Shown one piece after another: positions 54,126 through 63,349 of a DNA stretch of 64,000 nt. Each line of letters opens with the position of its first letter. The stretch's first letter is position 1. The translations under genes were made by a program, and so were the position numbers. Origin of the DNA: Nitrososphaerales archaeon (GTDB taxonomy: Archaea; Thermoproteota; Nitrososphaeria; Nitrososphaerales; Gagatemarchaeaceae); assembly GCA_030038365.1 (NCBI GenBank), contig JASHPA010000196.1, positions 8,900-72,899 on the forward strand, read 5' to 3'. The notes under the pieces were generated by a model. It ran no database searches. It was not told the origin of the DNA and saw nothing but the letters and a program-made list of their open reading frames with translations.

Positions 54126-55016
54126 TTGGACCCAATTGTCTTCCTGTTTGGCCTCATGATTTCAGTCAGTTTTGGGGCCTCGGACGTGCTCTCCAAGGGA
54201 GTCACCTCCAGGATTGGTGCCTACAAGACCACCGTCTACATCCTTGCCCTGAGCGGGGTGGTCACATTGATCCCCGGCCTGTTCCTCAGCTCCAGCTTTG
54301 TTCTCTCGCTTGGGTCTGTGCTCCTGTTGGTGTTCATCGCAGTGACGACGTATCTCGCGTTCTTCGGGCTCTACCGCGCCTACAGCAAAGGCATGTTGTC
54401 GCTGACCTCGCCGATAGCGAACTCGTATCCGGCGTTCTCGACCGCCCTCTCGATCCTGCTCATCGGCGCGTCGTTCTCCCCGGACTCGATTGCCGCTCTG
54501 ATTGTGGTGATGGTTGGTATCGTCCTCGTCTCGACAAGTATCTCTGACCTCAGGTTGAGACTCTTCGGTAAGGGCAAGGCGTTCGCGCCAGGGGTGGGTT
54601 CGGCCATGTTCGCGGCCATCTTCTTCGGTTCATCGTGGACCGCGTTCGGGTACGCGAGCCAGACCCTTGGCTTCCTGCTGCCCGCGATAGCCATCAGACT
54701 CGGCGCCGCCGCCGCCGGCTTCGGCTTGGCCCCAGTGCTCAAGGAGGATGTACGCCCTGTCTTCATGAACTCGTTCCGTCGGCTCTCAGTGATGGCGGCT
54801 CTCGAGGCTGCCGGCGCAATACTCTACAGCGCCGGCGCCATAATCTCGTCGTCATCCGATGCGATACCAATTCTCTCGACCTTCAGTGGAATCTCAGCCG
54901 CCTTCACGGTCTGCTTCGCTATATTGTTCCTCAAGGAGAGGATCGAAATCAACCACGTAATCGGCATACTGATGCTGATAGGTGGCGTAGCCCTCCTCCT
55001 CTATCTGACGGGATAG
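54126..55016 (+). CDS. EamA/DMT-superfamily transporter
   Basis: 296 aa, ~10 TM helices arranged as two similar halves. The family call is by architecture. Confidence 0.75.
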   Translation: MDPIVFLFGLMISVSFGASDVLSKGVTSRIGAYKTTVYILALSGVVTLIPGLFLSSSFVLSLGSVLLLVFIAVTTYLAFFGLYRAYSKGMLSLTSPIANSYPAFSTALSILLIGASFSPDSIAALIVVMVGIVLVSTSISDLRLRLFGKGKAFAPGVGSAMFAAIFFGSSWTAFGYASQTLGFLLPAIAIRLGAAAAGFGLAPVLKEDVRPVFMNSFRRLSVMAALEAAGAILYSAGAIISSSSDAIPILSTFSGISAAFTVCFAILFLKERIEINHVIGILMLIGGVALLLYLTG

Positions 55017-55020
55017 CGCG

Positions 55021-55716
55021 TCATTTCAGCGAGAAGTAGACCCTGCGGTTGCTCTTTCCCTTGTTCTCCGCCTTGCCTACGACTATCTCGCCTATCTCTC
55101 TCGTGTTCCCCACGTGGACGCCTCCGTCTGCCTGGGTGTCAACGTCCCCAATCTGGACTATCCTGAGCTCGGCTACCGATGGCGGCAGGGCGTTCGCGAG
55201 CTTGACGAGGCCGGGCGTAGCTAGCGCTTCTTCTCTCTTCATGAAGTAGGTCCTGACGTCAACCCCTCTCGTCACGACCGCGTTCGCCGCCGCAACGTAG
55301 TCCGAGAGCTTCTCCCGGTCGAACTGCTCGAGGTTGAAGTCTATGCGTGACTCGTCCGGGTTAATCTGGTTGCCAGTGATTAGCGCGCCAGTCTCCTTGT
55401 TCACTATCGAGCAGAGGATGTGCGCTGTGGTGTGCATCTTCATGAGCTTGTACCGCCTGTCCCAGTCTATCGTCCCGTGGACGGTCTCGCCGACCTTCAA
55501 AGCGCCGGGATTGTCGACTACGTGATAGATCTCCTCGTTTTCCTTCACGACCTCGGTGACGTTCGCGTCGCCCAGCTTTCCGATGTCGGAGACGAGCCCT
55601 CCGCCTCTGGGGTAGAACGTCGTCTGGTCAAGAACCACCCTGTTTCCATCGACGGAGACGACCTTCCCGTCGAATTCCTTGGCGTACATGTCCTCCCAGT
55701 AGATACGTCTCGTCAT
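55021..55716 (-). CDS. alaX: alanyl-tRNA editing protein AlaX (AlaX-M type)
   Basis: 231 aa. LDQTTFYPRGGGLVSD, MHTTAHIL and DTQADGGVHV are the zinc-binding editing motifs shared with the AlaRS editing domain. Confidence 0.88.
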   Translation of the reverse strand: MTRRIYWEDMYAKEFDGKVVSVDGNRVVLDQTTFYPRGGGLVSDIGKLGDANVTEVVKENEEIYHVVDNPGALKVGETVHGTIDWDRRYKLMKMHTTAHILCSIVNKETGALITGNQINPDESRIDFNLEQFDREKLSDYVAAANAVVTRGVDVRTYFMKREEALATPGLVKLANALPPSVAELRIVQIGDVDTQADGGVHVGNTREIGEIVVGKAENKGKSNRRVYFSLK

Positions 55717-55750
55717 CTGACTGGCCGGACAGTCCTGCTCTAATGAAGTT

Positions 55751-57067
55751 TCAGTAGGCCGTTATCTTCGTCTGCGTGAACTCTCTTGAAATGAGCACGG
55801 ACGTTTCATGCCACTTCTTGGCATCTATCTTCATCCGCCCCAGGGCCGCTTTCACCGCCGCGCCGAAGGTATCGTACTTCTCGGGGCGCTGCTTCATGAG
55901 CATCCTTATGCTCTCCCTGACGTTCCAGACCCCGAGGGGCATCAAGTAGCCCGGGTAGGTCTCTCGCAGCACTATAGCCGCCGCCTGTTTGCCCTCCTTC
56001 TCAAGCTCCTCCGTCACAGCGAGCCTGGTCGAATAATAGCAGCCTCCGACCCTTGCATAGGTCTTCCTGCCGAAATGCTCCTCGTAATCGCCGATCATAT
56101 ACGGCTCCCTCGTGTACTGGTTCCACGTGGTGTTCGGGAACCACGCTTCTATCCATTCGAACCTCCATGGTTCTGGCAGGAGGATGGCCACATACTGATT
56201 GTCGTAGACGCTGTAGCTGTAGACCCTGTACTCGTCGATCGTGGGGTTGCCCTTGACCTTATCGATGAGCCTGAGGCTGATGTTGCTGTCGACCGCGGTG
56301 ATGCTCCATCGCGTGGGGACGAACCTCCGTCTCGCTCCTTCTCCGAGCATCCCTATGCTCAGCGCCCTCTGCAGTCTGGTGACCAGAATTCCGTCCCTGT
56401 ATAGCGAGAACACAGCGTCTCCCGCCCGCAGATCGCGGTCATAGTACGCCTTTTCGATCTTCTTGTCAACGGAGACGTTCGATGTCACGAACCTCTCGAG
56501 CGGGGCCGACGGGCCGTAGGGCTGCGTGTCCTCGCTGAGGGCGAGCGTCCTTCTCGGCGCCTTCGACAGCCGGAGCTCGGTATCCACCGGGCGAGAGGCC
56601 ATCGAGAGCTCCTGGAGCTTCTGCATCGTAGAGCTGGGACTGGCTGCGTCCTCAACCCTCGCCCTCATGTTGCCCCTCACGAGAGAATACCGATAGTCGA
56701 CTATCGTGTCTATGGGCCTGCCCAGCCATTCCTCGGGCGTGTCGAGGATGGCAGTGTCCCCATACTGTGGAGGCACCATGGGACCTATCGACACCTTCGG
56801 GTACCCATACCTGCCCACGAAGACACCGGGAGGCGACGAACCGGCGATCTGGTCGCTGAAGGTCGCCTCACCCATACGCGCCATCGACTGGGCCTTCACG
56901 ATGATCGGGCATCGAGGCTGCCCGCAGAGCAACTTTGCTCCCCTGCAGGCGAGGCACATCCAGGCCGGAGGGCTCTCAGTCACCTCGATGGCCTTGGCGA
57001 CCTTCTCCTCCAGCCCTATGCTCTCCGCTGACATGACGTTGGAAAGCCAGGTTATCCTGCGGGGCAA
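55751..57067 (-). CDS. nreA: NreA-like archaeal DNA-repair protein (DUF650/DUF651 architecture)
   Basis: 438 aa. N-terminal Cys cluster CLACRGAKLLCGQPRCP, PPGVFVGRYGYPKVSIGPM and RFVPTRWSITAVD. The C-terminal QTKITAY resembles a terminal PIP box. Confidence 0.7.
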   Translation of the reverse strand: MPRRITWLSNVMSAESIGLEEKVAKAIEVTESPPAWMCLACRGAKLLCGQPRCPIIVKAQSMARMGEATFSDQIAGSSPPGVFVGRYGYPKVSIGPMVPPQYGDTAILDTPEEWLGRPIDTIVDYRYSLVRGNMRARVEDAASPSSTMQKLQELSMASRPVDTELRLSKAPRRTLALSEDTQPYGPSAPLERFVTSNVSVDKKIEKAYYDRDLRAGDAVFSLYRDGILVTRLQRALSIGMLGEGARRRFVPTRWSITAVDSNISLRLIDKVKGNPTIDEYRVYSYSVYDNQYVAILLPEPWRFEWIEAWFPNTTWNQYTREPYMIGDYEEHFGRKTYARVGGCYYSTRLAVTEELEKEGKQAAAIVLRETYPGYLMPLGVWNVRESIRMLMKQRPEKYDTFGAAVKAALGRMKIDAKKWHETSVLISREFTQTKITAY

Positions 57068-57097
57068 GAAGCTTCCGAATGCGCTCGGTGGTTAAAG

Positions 57098-59137
57098 TCA
57101 CTTTTGGTGTGATTCCGCGACGGAGACCATGGACTCGCCGTTGGCCTTCTCGACCCTGTAGACCCTGTCTGCCAGGTTCTCCAGCTCCTGTTCGTGGGAG
57201 ACCAGTATGACTTGGGGGCACCTGAGCTCTCTGAGGATGTCACCGAATTTCCCGAGCTGCTCCTTGCTGAAGCCGTCGGTCGGTTCGTCCAGAATCATCA
57301 GGTTGGGCTCCTGCCCCAGGGCAGCCTCCTGGACCGTCGTGTTTAGGGCGAGACGATATGCCAGGGCGACACTGGTCCGCTCGCCCCCGCTCAGCTGTCT
57401 GTAGTCCTGTTCGTATCCTTCGCGCTCGATCACCGGTGCGAAGTCCTCCTTCACGCGGACCCTGAGGTCGGGGTCGTCGACGAGTATCTGGAACCATCGC
57501 TGGAACTGCTGATTGAAGTGCTGATTCCTGTTCGCGAATGTCTGCTTCTCGATGAGCTCGACCGTGGGAGCGAAATACTCGGAGAGCCATGTCCTGTCCT
57601 CCTCGAGGGAGCTCTGCAGCTTCTGGAGCCCCTCCTTCTCCTTGACCGCTGCCTCGAGTTTTGTTTCATCGCCCTTCAGTCCTCCGGTCTCCTTCTCGAT
57701 CCCGCCGAGCTGCTTGATGATTGACGAATGTTCTCTCTCGAGACGCTGGATTTCGTCACCGATTCTCTGAATGTCCTTCTCCATCCTCAGAATCGGTTCG
57801 CTTTCTTTGTTGGCCTGCCTGAGCTGCTCGTTCAGTTCGGTCAGATCCTTCTCCATCCTTTGCAGCAGCTTGGTGCTGGACTCCTCTCGCTCCCTGGATT
57901 CTCTGAGACCATCGCGCAGGATTTTGAGCTTTTCATGCGCAACGCGGAAGTCTTTTGCCAGGTCGATGATTCTGTTCACCGACCTTTTTTCATCCTCCAA
58001 GGCTTCGAGTTTCCCTCGAATCTGGCCCAGCTCATTATCTATGTGCGCTTTTTTCTCTCCTATCTGGTCGGCCTCGTACTCTTGTCCACAGGTTGGGCAG
58101 ACACCGGTCTCCATCAGATTCCTGAAATTATCCAGCCGCTCAGAGAGTCTGGACGACTCGTCCCTGAGGCTGGTAATCTCCTTTTCCAGTCTCTCTGACT
58201 CTCTGTCGAGCTCTTCCGCGCTCTTCGTCGGGCTCTCCACAGCAGCGAGTCGCTCGATATCCTTGGAGAGGGTAGCGACCCTCTTCCGGGCGCCCTCCCC
58301 TTCCTTCGCCGCCGAGGAGCGGCTGTCCTCGGCCTCGTGCAGCTGTCTCACAAGCAGAGGGATTCTCTCTTGCGCCTTCCCCATCTCCTCCTTTCTCTTC
58401 TCCATCTCCTGTCGTGCAATCCTCCTCGAGTCAAGTTCCCCCGCGACCGCCTCCTCCTTCTTCTTCGACTCCGCCAAACTGGACTTGAGGCTCTCGAGCC
58501 TCTCGCGCACCCTGAAGAGCTCCTGACGCTCCCTGTCGAGGTCAGCGGTCCTGCCCCTCAGGTCACCTATCTTGACCCTGAATTCGGTGGAGATGGTCTT
58601 CGTGTTCTGCGCCGCCGTCCTGTACTGCTCTATCCCGTAGGCCTTCCTGAGCGTCTCGAGCCGCGTTCCCGAGTCCCTCTCGATGATATCCCTCATAGCC
58701 TCCTGCGGTGTGAAGATCGCGTAACGATAGATCACGCTCTGCGCCTTGGGATTCGATGGTTCGTTGAACCTCAGCAGCTGCAGGACCTTCTCCTTGAGCT
58801 CCTTCGCCGAGTACTTCTTCCTCTCCTCGCCCTCCTGCAGGAACGAGTCAGCCGACCTGACGCTCTCGCCCTTCCTTGTAAGTCCTCTGTGAACCAGATA
58901 CTCGGTGCCTTCCACCTCGAACTTTAGCGTGACATAGCCGTTCTCCATTCCGTTCCTGAGGAGGAAGGAGCCGTTCAGGTCCCCCAGACCGAAGAGCGCG
59001 AACTCGACCGCCGACAGAATCGTGGATTTGCCGGCGGCGACGTCTCCCTCGAACAAGGTGGTGCCCAGCTCAAAGTCGATCGTGACAGGCTCGCGGTAGC
59101 TTCTGATGTTCCGGAGCGTGATTGACTTGAGAATCAT
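57098..59137 (-). CDS. rad50: DNA double-strand break repair ATPase Rad50
   Basis: 679 aa. Walker A GDVAAGKST, long Glu/Lys/Arg/Leu coiled coils with the zinc hook CPTCGQ at the centre, signature LSGGERT and Walker B LMILDEPT. Its ATG overlaps the mre11 stop (ATGA). Confidence 0.92.
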   Translation of the reverse strand: MILKSITLRNIRSYREPVTIDFELGTTLFEGDVAAGKSTILSAVEFALFGLGDLNGSFLLRNGMENGYVTLKFEVEGTEYLVHRGLTRKGESVRSADSFLQEGEERKKYSAKELKEKVLQLLRFNEPSNPKAQSVIYRYAIFTPQEAMRDIIERDSGTRLETLRKAYGIEQYRTAAQNTKTISTEFRVKIGDLRGRTADLDRERQELFRVRERLESLKSSLAESKKKEEAVAGELDSRRIARQEMEKRKEEMGKAQERIPLLVRQLHEAEDSRSSAAKEGEGARKRVATLSKDIERLAAVESPTKSAEELDRESERLEKEITSLRDESSRLSERLDNFRNLMETGVCPTCGQEYEADQIGEKKAHIDNELGQIRGKLEALEDEKRSVNRIIDLAKDFRVAHEKLKILRDGLRESREREESSTKLLQRMEKDLTELNEQLRQANKESEPILRMEKDIQRIGDEIQRLEREHSSIIKQLGGIEKETGGLKGDETKLEAAVKEKEGLQKLQSSLEEDRTWLSEYFAPTVELIEKQTFANRNQHFNQQFQRWFQILVDDPDLRVRVKEDFAPVIEREGYEQDYRQLSGGERTSVALAYRLALNTTVQEAALGQEPNLMILDEPTDGFSKEQLGKFGDILRELRCPQVILVSHEQELENLADRVYRVEKANGESMVSVAESHQK

Positions 59138-60390
59138 TTGAACTCGTCGTCCAGCTCCAGGGCGTTGACAACCCCCTTGAGCAACCTTGACTCATAATCG
59201 TCCTTCACCTCGTCTTCTTTTTTCTCATCCTTGAGCACATGGAGTATCTCCTTGGAGGTAGTCACCCCGGTTTCTCCAGCGAGCTTCTTCTGGCGGAACT
59301 TCGCCTCCGACAGCCTTTCTCTGAAGAGCCTCTCCTCTATTTGGTACGGATTGTCCGTCACAACGTTCTGGACCGCATACTCCTTGGAGCTGAGTGCGTT
59401 GTAGTTCAGCAGGATTTCAAGCGCCCCTCTGTCCCTCATCATTCTCCTTATCTCCACAAAGTCGACGTCCGAGGTCCTTCCGCTGACCATCTCGCCGGAC
59501 ACCTTGAGCAGCACCACTCTGTCGGCGACCTCGGTATTCCTGGCGATCTCAAGCAGCTGACTCTTCACGTCAATCGAGCTCTTCCCGTTCGCGCTGTACT
59601 CGATTAGACGCCAGTCGCATGCTTTCACTGGGACGAACTCTATCTCGCTCACCTTCTGGTCGAATGTGACGACGAAGAACCCCCTCTGCGTCCCGCGGGC
59701 ACTCTTCTCCATGTCCTGGTAGTCCCCTCCCGCGAAGAGCGCCCCGGGGTACGCGATGGTCATACCAGAAATCTTCTCTAGCATCCTGTCGTGAAGGTGG
59801 CCTCCTGCATAGTAGTCGAACCCACGAGGAAAGTCCGAGACTGGCACGGAGGTGCTCCTCATCACATCAGGGGCGAGATCCGCGACGGCGCCGTGGAACG
59901 CGAAGACCTTGAAGCCATTTGTCGATTCAAGCGCCTCCCTGTCCAGGGACTTGAAGACATCCGACTCCATTCCCAGCCTCCTGCCATAGACTCCGCAGAG
60001 TTTGGCCCCGGTCCGGGGGTCCCTGTAGACCTCGAGCTCGAACTTGCCGTCCACCGTCACACCCTTCGATACATTCCTGAACAGTCCAGCGCTCTCCAGC
60101 ATGTCGACCACAGACGTCTGGGTCGGGCTGAAGTCGTGGCTCCCATAAACAAGATAGATCGGGATTCCCCTGTCCCTTACCTCCTTCATCTTTCTGACCG
60201 CGATATTCGCGAGCGCCATGTTGGGGATGTTCGAGTCGAAGAGGTCTCCGCTGAGGATGATGAAATCTACCGACCTCTCGATGCATATGTCCATGGCCGT
60301 GATGAAGGCATCCAGGACGAGCTTCTGGAGCGCGGGCTGCCTGAACGCCCCTATGTGGGTATCCGACAGGTGCGCGAAACGATAGGGCAT
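59134..60390 (-). CDS. mre11: DNA double-strand break repair nuclease Mre11
   Basis: 418 aa. Calcineurin-like phosphoesterase motifs HLSDTHIG, LSGDLFD, YGSHDF, FAFHGAV and GGHLHD. Confidence 0.92.
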   Translation of the reverse strand: MPYRFAHLSDTHIGAFRQPALQKLVLDAFITAMDICIERSVDFIILSGDLFDSNIPNMALANIAVRKMKEVRDRGIPIYLVYGSHDFSPTQTSVVDMLESAGLFRNVSKGVTVDGKFELEVYRDPRTGAKLCGVYGRRLGMESDVFKSLDREALESTNGFKVFAFHGAVADLAPDVMRSTSVPVSDFPRGFDYYAGGHLHDRMLEKISGMTIAYPGALFAGGDYQDMEKSARGTQRGFFVVTFDQKVSEIEFVPVKACDWRLIEYSANGKSSIDVKSQLLEIARNTEVADRVVLLKVSGEMVSGRTSDVDFVEIRRMMRDRGALEILLNYNALSSKEYAVQNVVTDNPYQIEERLFRERLSEAKFRQKKLAGETGVTTSKEILHVLKDEKKEDEVKDDYESRLLKGVVNALELDDEFK

Positions 60391-60435
60391 CTCGGTCGGT
60401 TTTCCGTCGAAAATCGGGACATAAGAATTTCGATG

Positions 60436-60441
60436 AAAAAA
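60436..60441 (-). terminator. oligo-T terminator following the RNase P RNA
   Basis: A run of six T on the minus strand lies immediately 3' of the P1 closing helix. Confidence 0.55.
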
Positions 60442-60739
60442 GTGACACGTCCCGGCAGTAGTCCTCCTTCTGTTCTAGGCGGGATTCAGCTTAGCAGCCT
60501 ACCTTGGCCTGGTGCAGGCCCGTCGACGGCCACGTTCGGCCTTGCTCTGCATGGGTCGGCCGTTTCATCCCCGCATCCATCGAACTCCGGATTTCTCCTT
60601 CACCGCATACGACGAAGGGGGTCTCGTTTCTGTTCCGTCGCCAACCGTCTCCGGTTACGCTTCTCAGCGTCATGCATCCTGCAGCGAGGGAGGAACTTCC
60701 CCAGGGTAACCCCGTGGCCCGCCCACCGGGTCGTGTCAC
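60442..60739 (-). ncRNA. rnpB: RNase P RNA (archaeal type A-like, ~298 nt)
   Basis: It lies in the ORF-free gap between mre11 and tsr3. The minus strand gives a P1 helix (5' GUGACACGACCCGG with 3' CCGGGACGUGUCAC), a CR-I-like GGGGAAGUUCCUCC and a CR-V-like AACAGAAGGAGGACUAC. These form P4 (AGU[U]CCUCC/GGAGGACU) with the conserved bulged U. Internal GGAACAGAAAC, GCGUAACCGG and GGUGAAGGAGAAAUCCGG elements are present. A TATA-like AATAAAG lies ~28 nt upstream. Confidence 0.8.
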
Positions 60740-60765
60740 TCGGCAAGAGACGGGTAGGAGCTCCT

Positions 60766-61284
60766 TTATTCTTTTCTGCCCTCAAGGAACTGACCGAAAT
60801 ACTCCCTTTCGATGACCCTGACTGCGTCTTCCGATTCCGCCTTACTATATTCGACCAGGGGGTCCCTGTTAAGCGTGAGGAAGGTCGGACCCCACTTGTA
60901 AAGCGATAGGCACTTCTCCGCGTCGCTTTCCTCGCCTACGACGAAGAGAGTCGCAGCCACTGCCTCCACAGAGCTGAGCATCCCGAGCCGAGAATAGTTC
61001 GTCGGGTTTGCTGCAAGCAAAAGCGGGAGCCTCCTGTGTTTGCCTCCCAGTTTCTTGAAGAAGACCTCCCTGGCCTGGTTCCATGAGCAATCAATTGCGA
61101 GGACGGCCTTGGCGGATGAGTCCGGAGGGGATAGGACGATCTCAGCGAACGGGTTTAGGACCAGCATGGCGCTTGAGGCGTGGAACTTCCGGGACACCTC
61201 GGTCGCAAGTCCCATTCTGATCATCTTCCTCGAGGTACACTTGACAGGGTCGTCTTGAGCGTAGTCGATGACCAGTACGTTCAT
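60766..61284 (-). CDS. tsr3: 16S rRNA aminocarboxypropyltransferase Tsr3
   Basis: Probable start MNVLVIDYAQDDPVKCTSRKM at 61284. LAIDCSWNQA and LLAANPTNYSRLGMLSSVEAVAATL are Tsr3 (DUF367) hallmarks. Confidence 0.85.
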   Translation of the reverse strand: MNVLVIDYAQDDPVKCTSRKMIRMGLATEVSRKFHASSAMLVLNPFAEIVLSPPDSSAKAVLAIDCSWNQAREVFFKKLGGKHRRLPLLLAANPTNYSRLGMLSSVEAVAATLFVVGEESDAEKCLSLYKWGPTFLTLNRDPLVEYSKAESEDAVRVIEREYFGQFLEGRKE

Positions 61285-61347
61285 GGATGGAGAGCCGCCA
61301 AGAGACGGTTCTTTATTATGGGTTCGGCCGGACCCCTCAGACTTTCC

Positions 61348-61353
61348 TTTTAT
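61348..61353 (+). promoter_or_regulatory. TATA box upstream of 61379..62551
   Basis: TTTTAT lies 26-31 nt upstream of ATG 61379, which implies a leaderless or near-leaderless mRNA. Confidence 0.45.
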
Positions 61354-61378
61354 CCACGACAGACCCGGCGCGAGGGCA

Positions 61379-62551
61379 ATGCGCAGCATGTACAAGGAAC
61401 TCGGTGTGAGGCGTGTCATCAATGGACAGTTCCCAGTAACGCGCTTGGGCGGGTCGGTGCTTCCTCAAGAGGTCCTGGACGCGATGGTCGAAGCGAATCT
61501 GAACTGGTGCAGCATGTGGGAGCTCGAGGAGAAGGCGGGAGATGCCATCGCCAAGATTTGCGGGGCGGAGGCCGCACATCTCACATCCGGCGCGTACGCC
61601 GCGCTCGTCCTGAGCGCCGCCGCCTGCATGGCCGGCAAGGACCCCGAGAAGATGAGACGGCTGCCCGATTCGGCCGGGATGAGGAACGAGATTCTCATTC
61701 AGCGGAACCTCCGGGGTGCAGAGCCGGGGATGTACGACCGAAGCATGGAGGTGGCTGGAGGAAAGCTAGTCGAGGTCGGAGACGAGAAGAGAGGAGCCAG
61801 AGAGGCGGAGCTAGAGGCTGCGATAGGTGAGAAGACCGCGGCCATTCACTTCATGGTACCAGATTTCCCTGACTCGAGGACCGACATAATCCCACTCCAG
61901 CGTGTGATAGAGATAGGGCACAAGCGCGGCATACCGATAATCGTCGACGCCGCCGGGCAGACCTATCCGACAGAACTGCTCACTAGGTTCACGCAGATGG
62001 GCGCCGACCTTGTGTGCTACGCGGCAAAATACGTGCACGGGGACAACTCGGCCGGGTGGGTGTGCGGCAAGAAGGACCTGGTTGAGGCGGTCGCCCTCCA
62101 CAGCTTCATCGGGCAAGAGGCTGGGGGCTATCAGCCCAGGGCGGGTCGCTACAAGAGCGTCGGGCGAGGCTACAAACTCGATCGACTGCAGGTCGTCGGA
62201 ACTGTCGTCGCGCTGCAGAGATGGATGACGATGGACCACCACAGACTGCGCATAGAGCCGGCCCTCAAGAGAGCCGAGAACCTCAGGAACCTTCTCAACG
62301 ACCTTTCTGGTATCGAGCTGTCCGCGTTCCCAGACAGGCTCGTCGAAGGCATCGGCTATCACAGGCTTGGGCTGCGGTTGATATTTCCCAACAGGACTGC
62401 GGCCGACGTGACCGGACTCCAAGACAAGCTGAGGGAAATGGACCCTTCGGTATGGGTCTACGCGCTGGGAAACAGCCTCGCGGTGAACTGCCTGCTGCTC
62501 GCGGACGGAGACGAGAGGCTGGTGGCCGAAAGTATCCGGAAACTTCTCTAG
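61379..62551 (+). CDS. PLP-dependent enzyme of the SelA-like (L-seryl-tRNA selenium transferase-related) family
   Basis: Start taken at MRSMYKELGVRRVING (61379). GAEAAHLTSGAYAALVLSAAA, IPIIVDAAG and the Lys context YAAKYVHGDNSAGWVCGKKDL fit the SelA-like fold-type I pattern. Function not assignable. Confidence 0.6.
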   Translation: MRSMYKELGVRRVINGQFPVTRLGGSVLPQEVLDAMVEANLNWCSMWELEEKAGDAIAKICGAEAAHLTSGAYAALVLSAAACMAGKDPEKMRRLPDSAGMRNEILIQRNLRGAEPGMYDRSMEVAGGKLVEVGDEKRGAREAELEAAIGEKTAAIHFMVPDFPDSRTDIIPLQRVIEIGHKRGIPIIVDAAGQTYPTELLTRFTQMGADLVCYAAKYVHGDNSAGWVCGKKDLVEAVALHSFIGQEAGGYQPRAGRYKSVGRGYKLDRLQVVGTVVALQRWMTMDHHRLRIEPALKRAENLRNLLNDLSGIELSAFPDRLVEGIGYHRLGLRLIFPNRTAADVTGLQDKLREMDPSVWVYALGNSLAVNCLLLADGDERLVAESIRKLL

Positions 62552-62607
62552 GGTGCGAAGCATAAGGACGAAGCGGGACTTCTGGAATGGCTGTTAAGTT
62601 CGGAGAG

Positions 62608-62939
62608 TCATAGGGGAGAGTATACTTGCTCCCCCAGCTCTGCCTCCACGGCCTCAAAAGAGACCGCTCGGGAGTACAGGTGCCGGGAGGCAGATATAAG
62701 GATTATCGAAGAATTCTCGGTTCCGTTGCGTTCACAGGTGCTGCCGTCGAAGTAGCTCTGCATCGCCAAAGTGATTACGGCGGGACTAGACCGCATCCGC
62801 TCAAAGCCGAGGTTGTTCGTGAACCTCTTGCCGCACGCTAGCATTCGAACCTCTGGGTGTGGCCGCTCTTGTTGTGAAGACCGTCGCGCTTGATTTTCTC
62901 GGAGCCGCAGCTAATGCACGACTGATAGTCGAGAGGCAT
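62608..62939 (-). pseudogene. frameshifted, truncated IS-element transposase N-terminus (zinc-finger/HTH part, IS6- or IS1-like)
   Basis: ATG 62939 gives MPLDYQSCISCGSEKIKRDGLHNKSGHTQRFEC and then TAG. The motif continues in another frame as (M)LACGKRFTNNLGFERMRSSPAVITLAMQSYFDG. No DDE domain follows. Confidence 0.6.
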
Positions 62940-63081
62940 GACGCGCTTCGCGTTCTCTATTCGTCGCCTAATCTGTAACGAGAGTTCGATCGCGAAGACG
63001 TGCTTGCACTTCACGCCTCTGTAACCAACGTCGAGGCAGGAACAAGACCACCGGCCTCGGACTGAAGAACGACATACTCGC

Positions 63082-63237
63082 CCGAACCGAACAAGAAGAG
63101 ACCCGGGAGACCAAAGGCTGCTCGACAGGGAGACGTATCACGGAGTCAGGTACAACGTCGAGAGATTCTTGGGCTGGCTGGATAACTACAGGAAGCTGAC
63201 AATCAGGTACGAGAGGATGCCTCAGAGACATTCCTAG
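63082..63237 (+). mobile_element. C-terminal fragment of an IS5-family (DDE) transposase
   Basis: In-frame ...DRETYHGVRYNVERFLGWLDNYRKLTIRYERMPQRHS* matches the IS5 C-terminal signature (Y..R..VE..F..LK.FR...TRYEK). The upstream catalytic region is absent. Confidence 0.65.
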
Positions 63238-63349
63238 CCCTAATCTAGCCCTAATTCACTTGGCTTGCATACGAATCCTATGGAAGATATTGAAATAGGT
63301 TCTTCGTTTACAACGGATTTATAGAACTTGTCATCCTGTTTCTCATACC

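Noticed and set aside
57771-58526. 251-aa Ser/Leu-rich ORF on the plus strand, plus neighbouring plus-strand ORFs
   Set aside because: It is antisense to the Glu/Lys/Arg-rich coiled coil of rad50. The repetitive Ser/Leu content is the complement of GAG/AAG-rich codons.
59791-60909. 372-aa ORF on the plus strand
   Set aside because: It is antisense to mre11 and runs through the RNase P RNA locus and the tsr3 3' end. It has no recognisable motifs.
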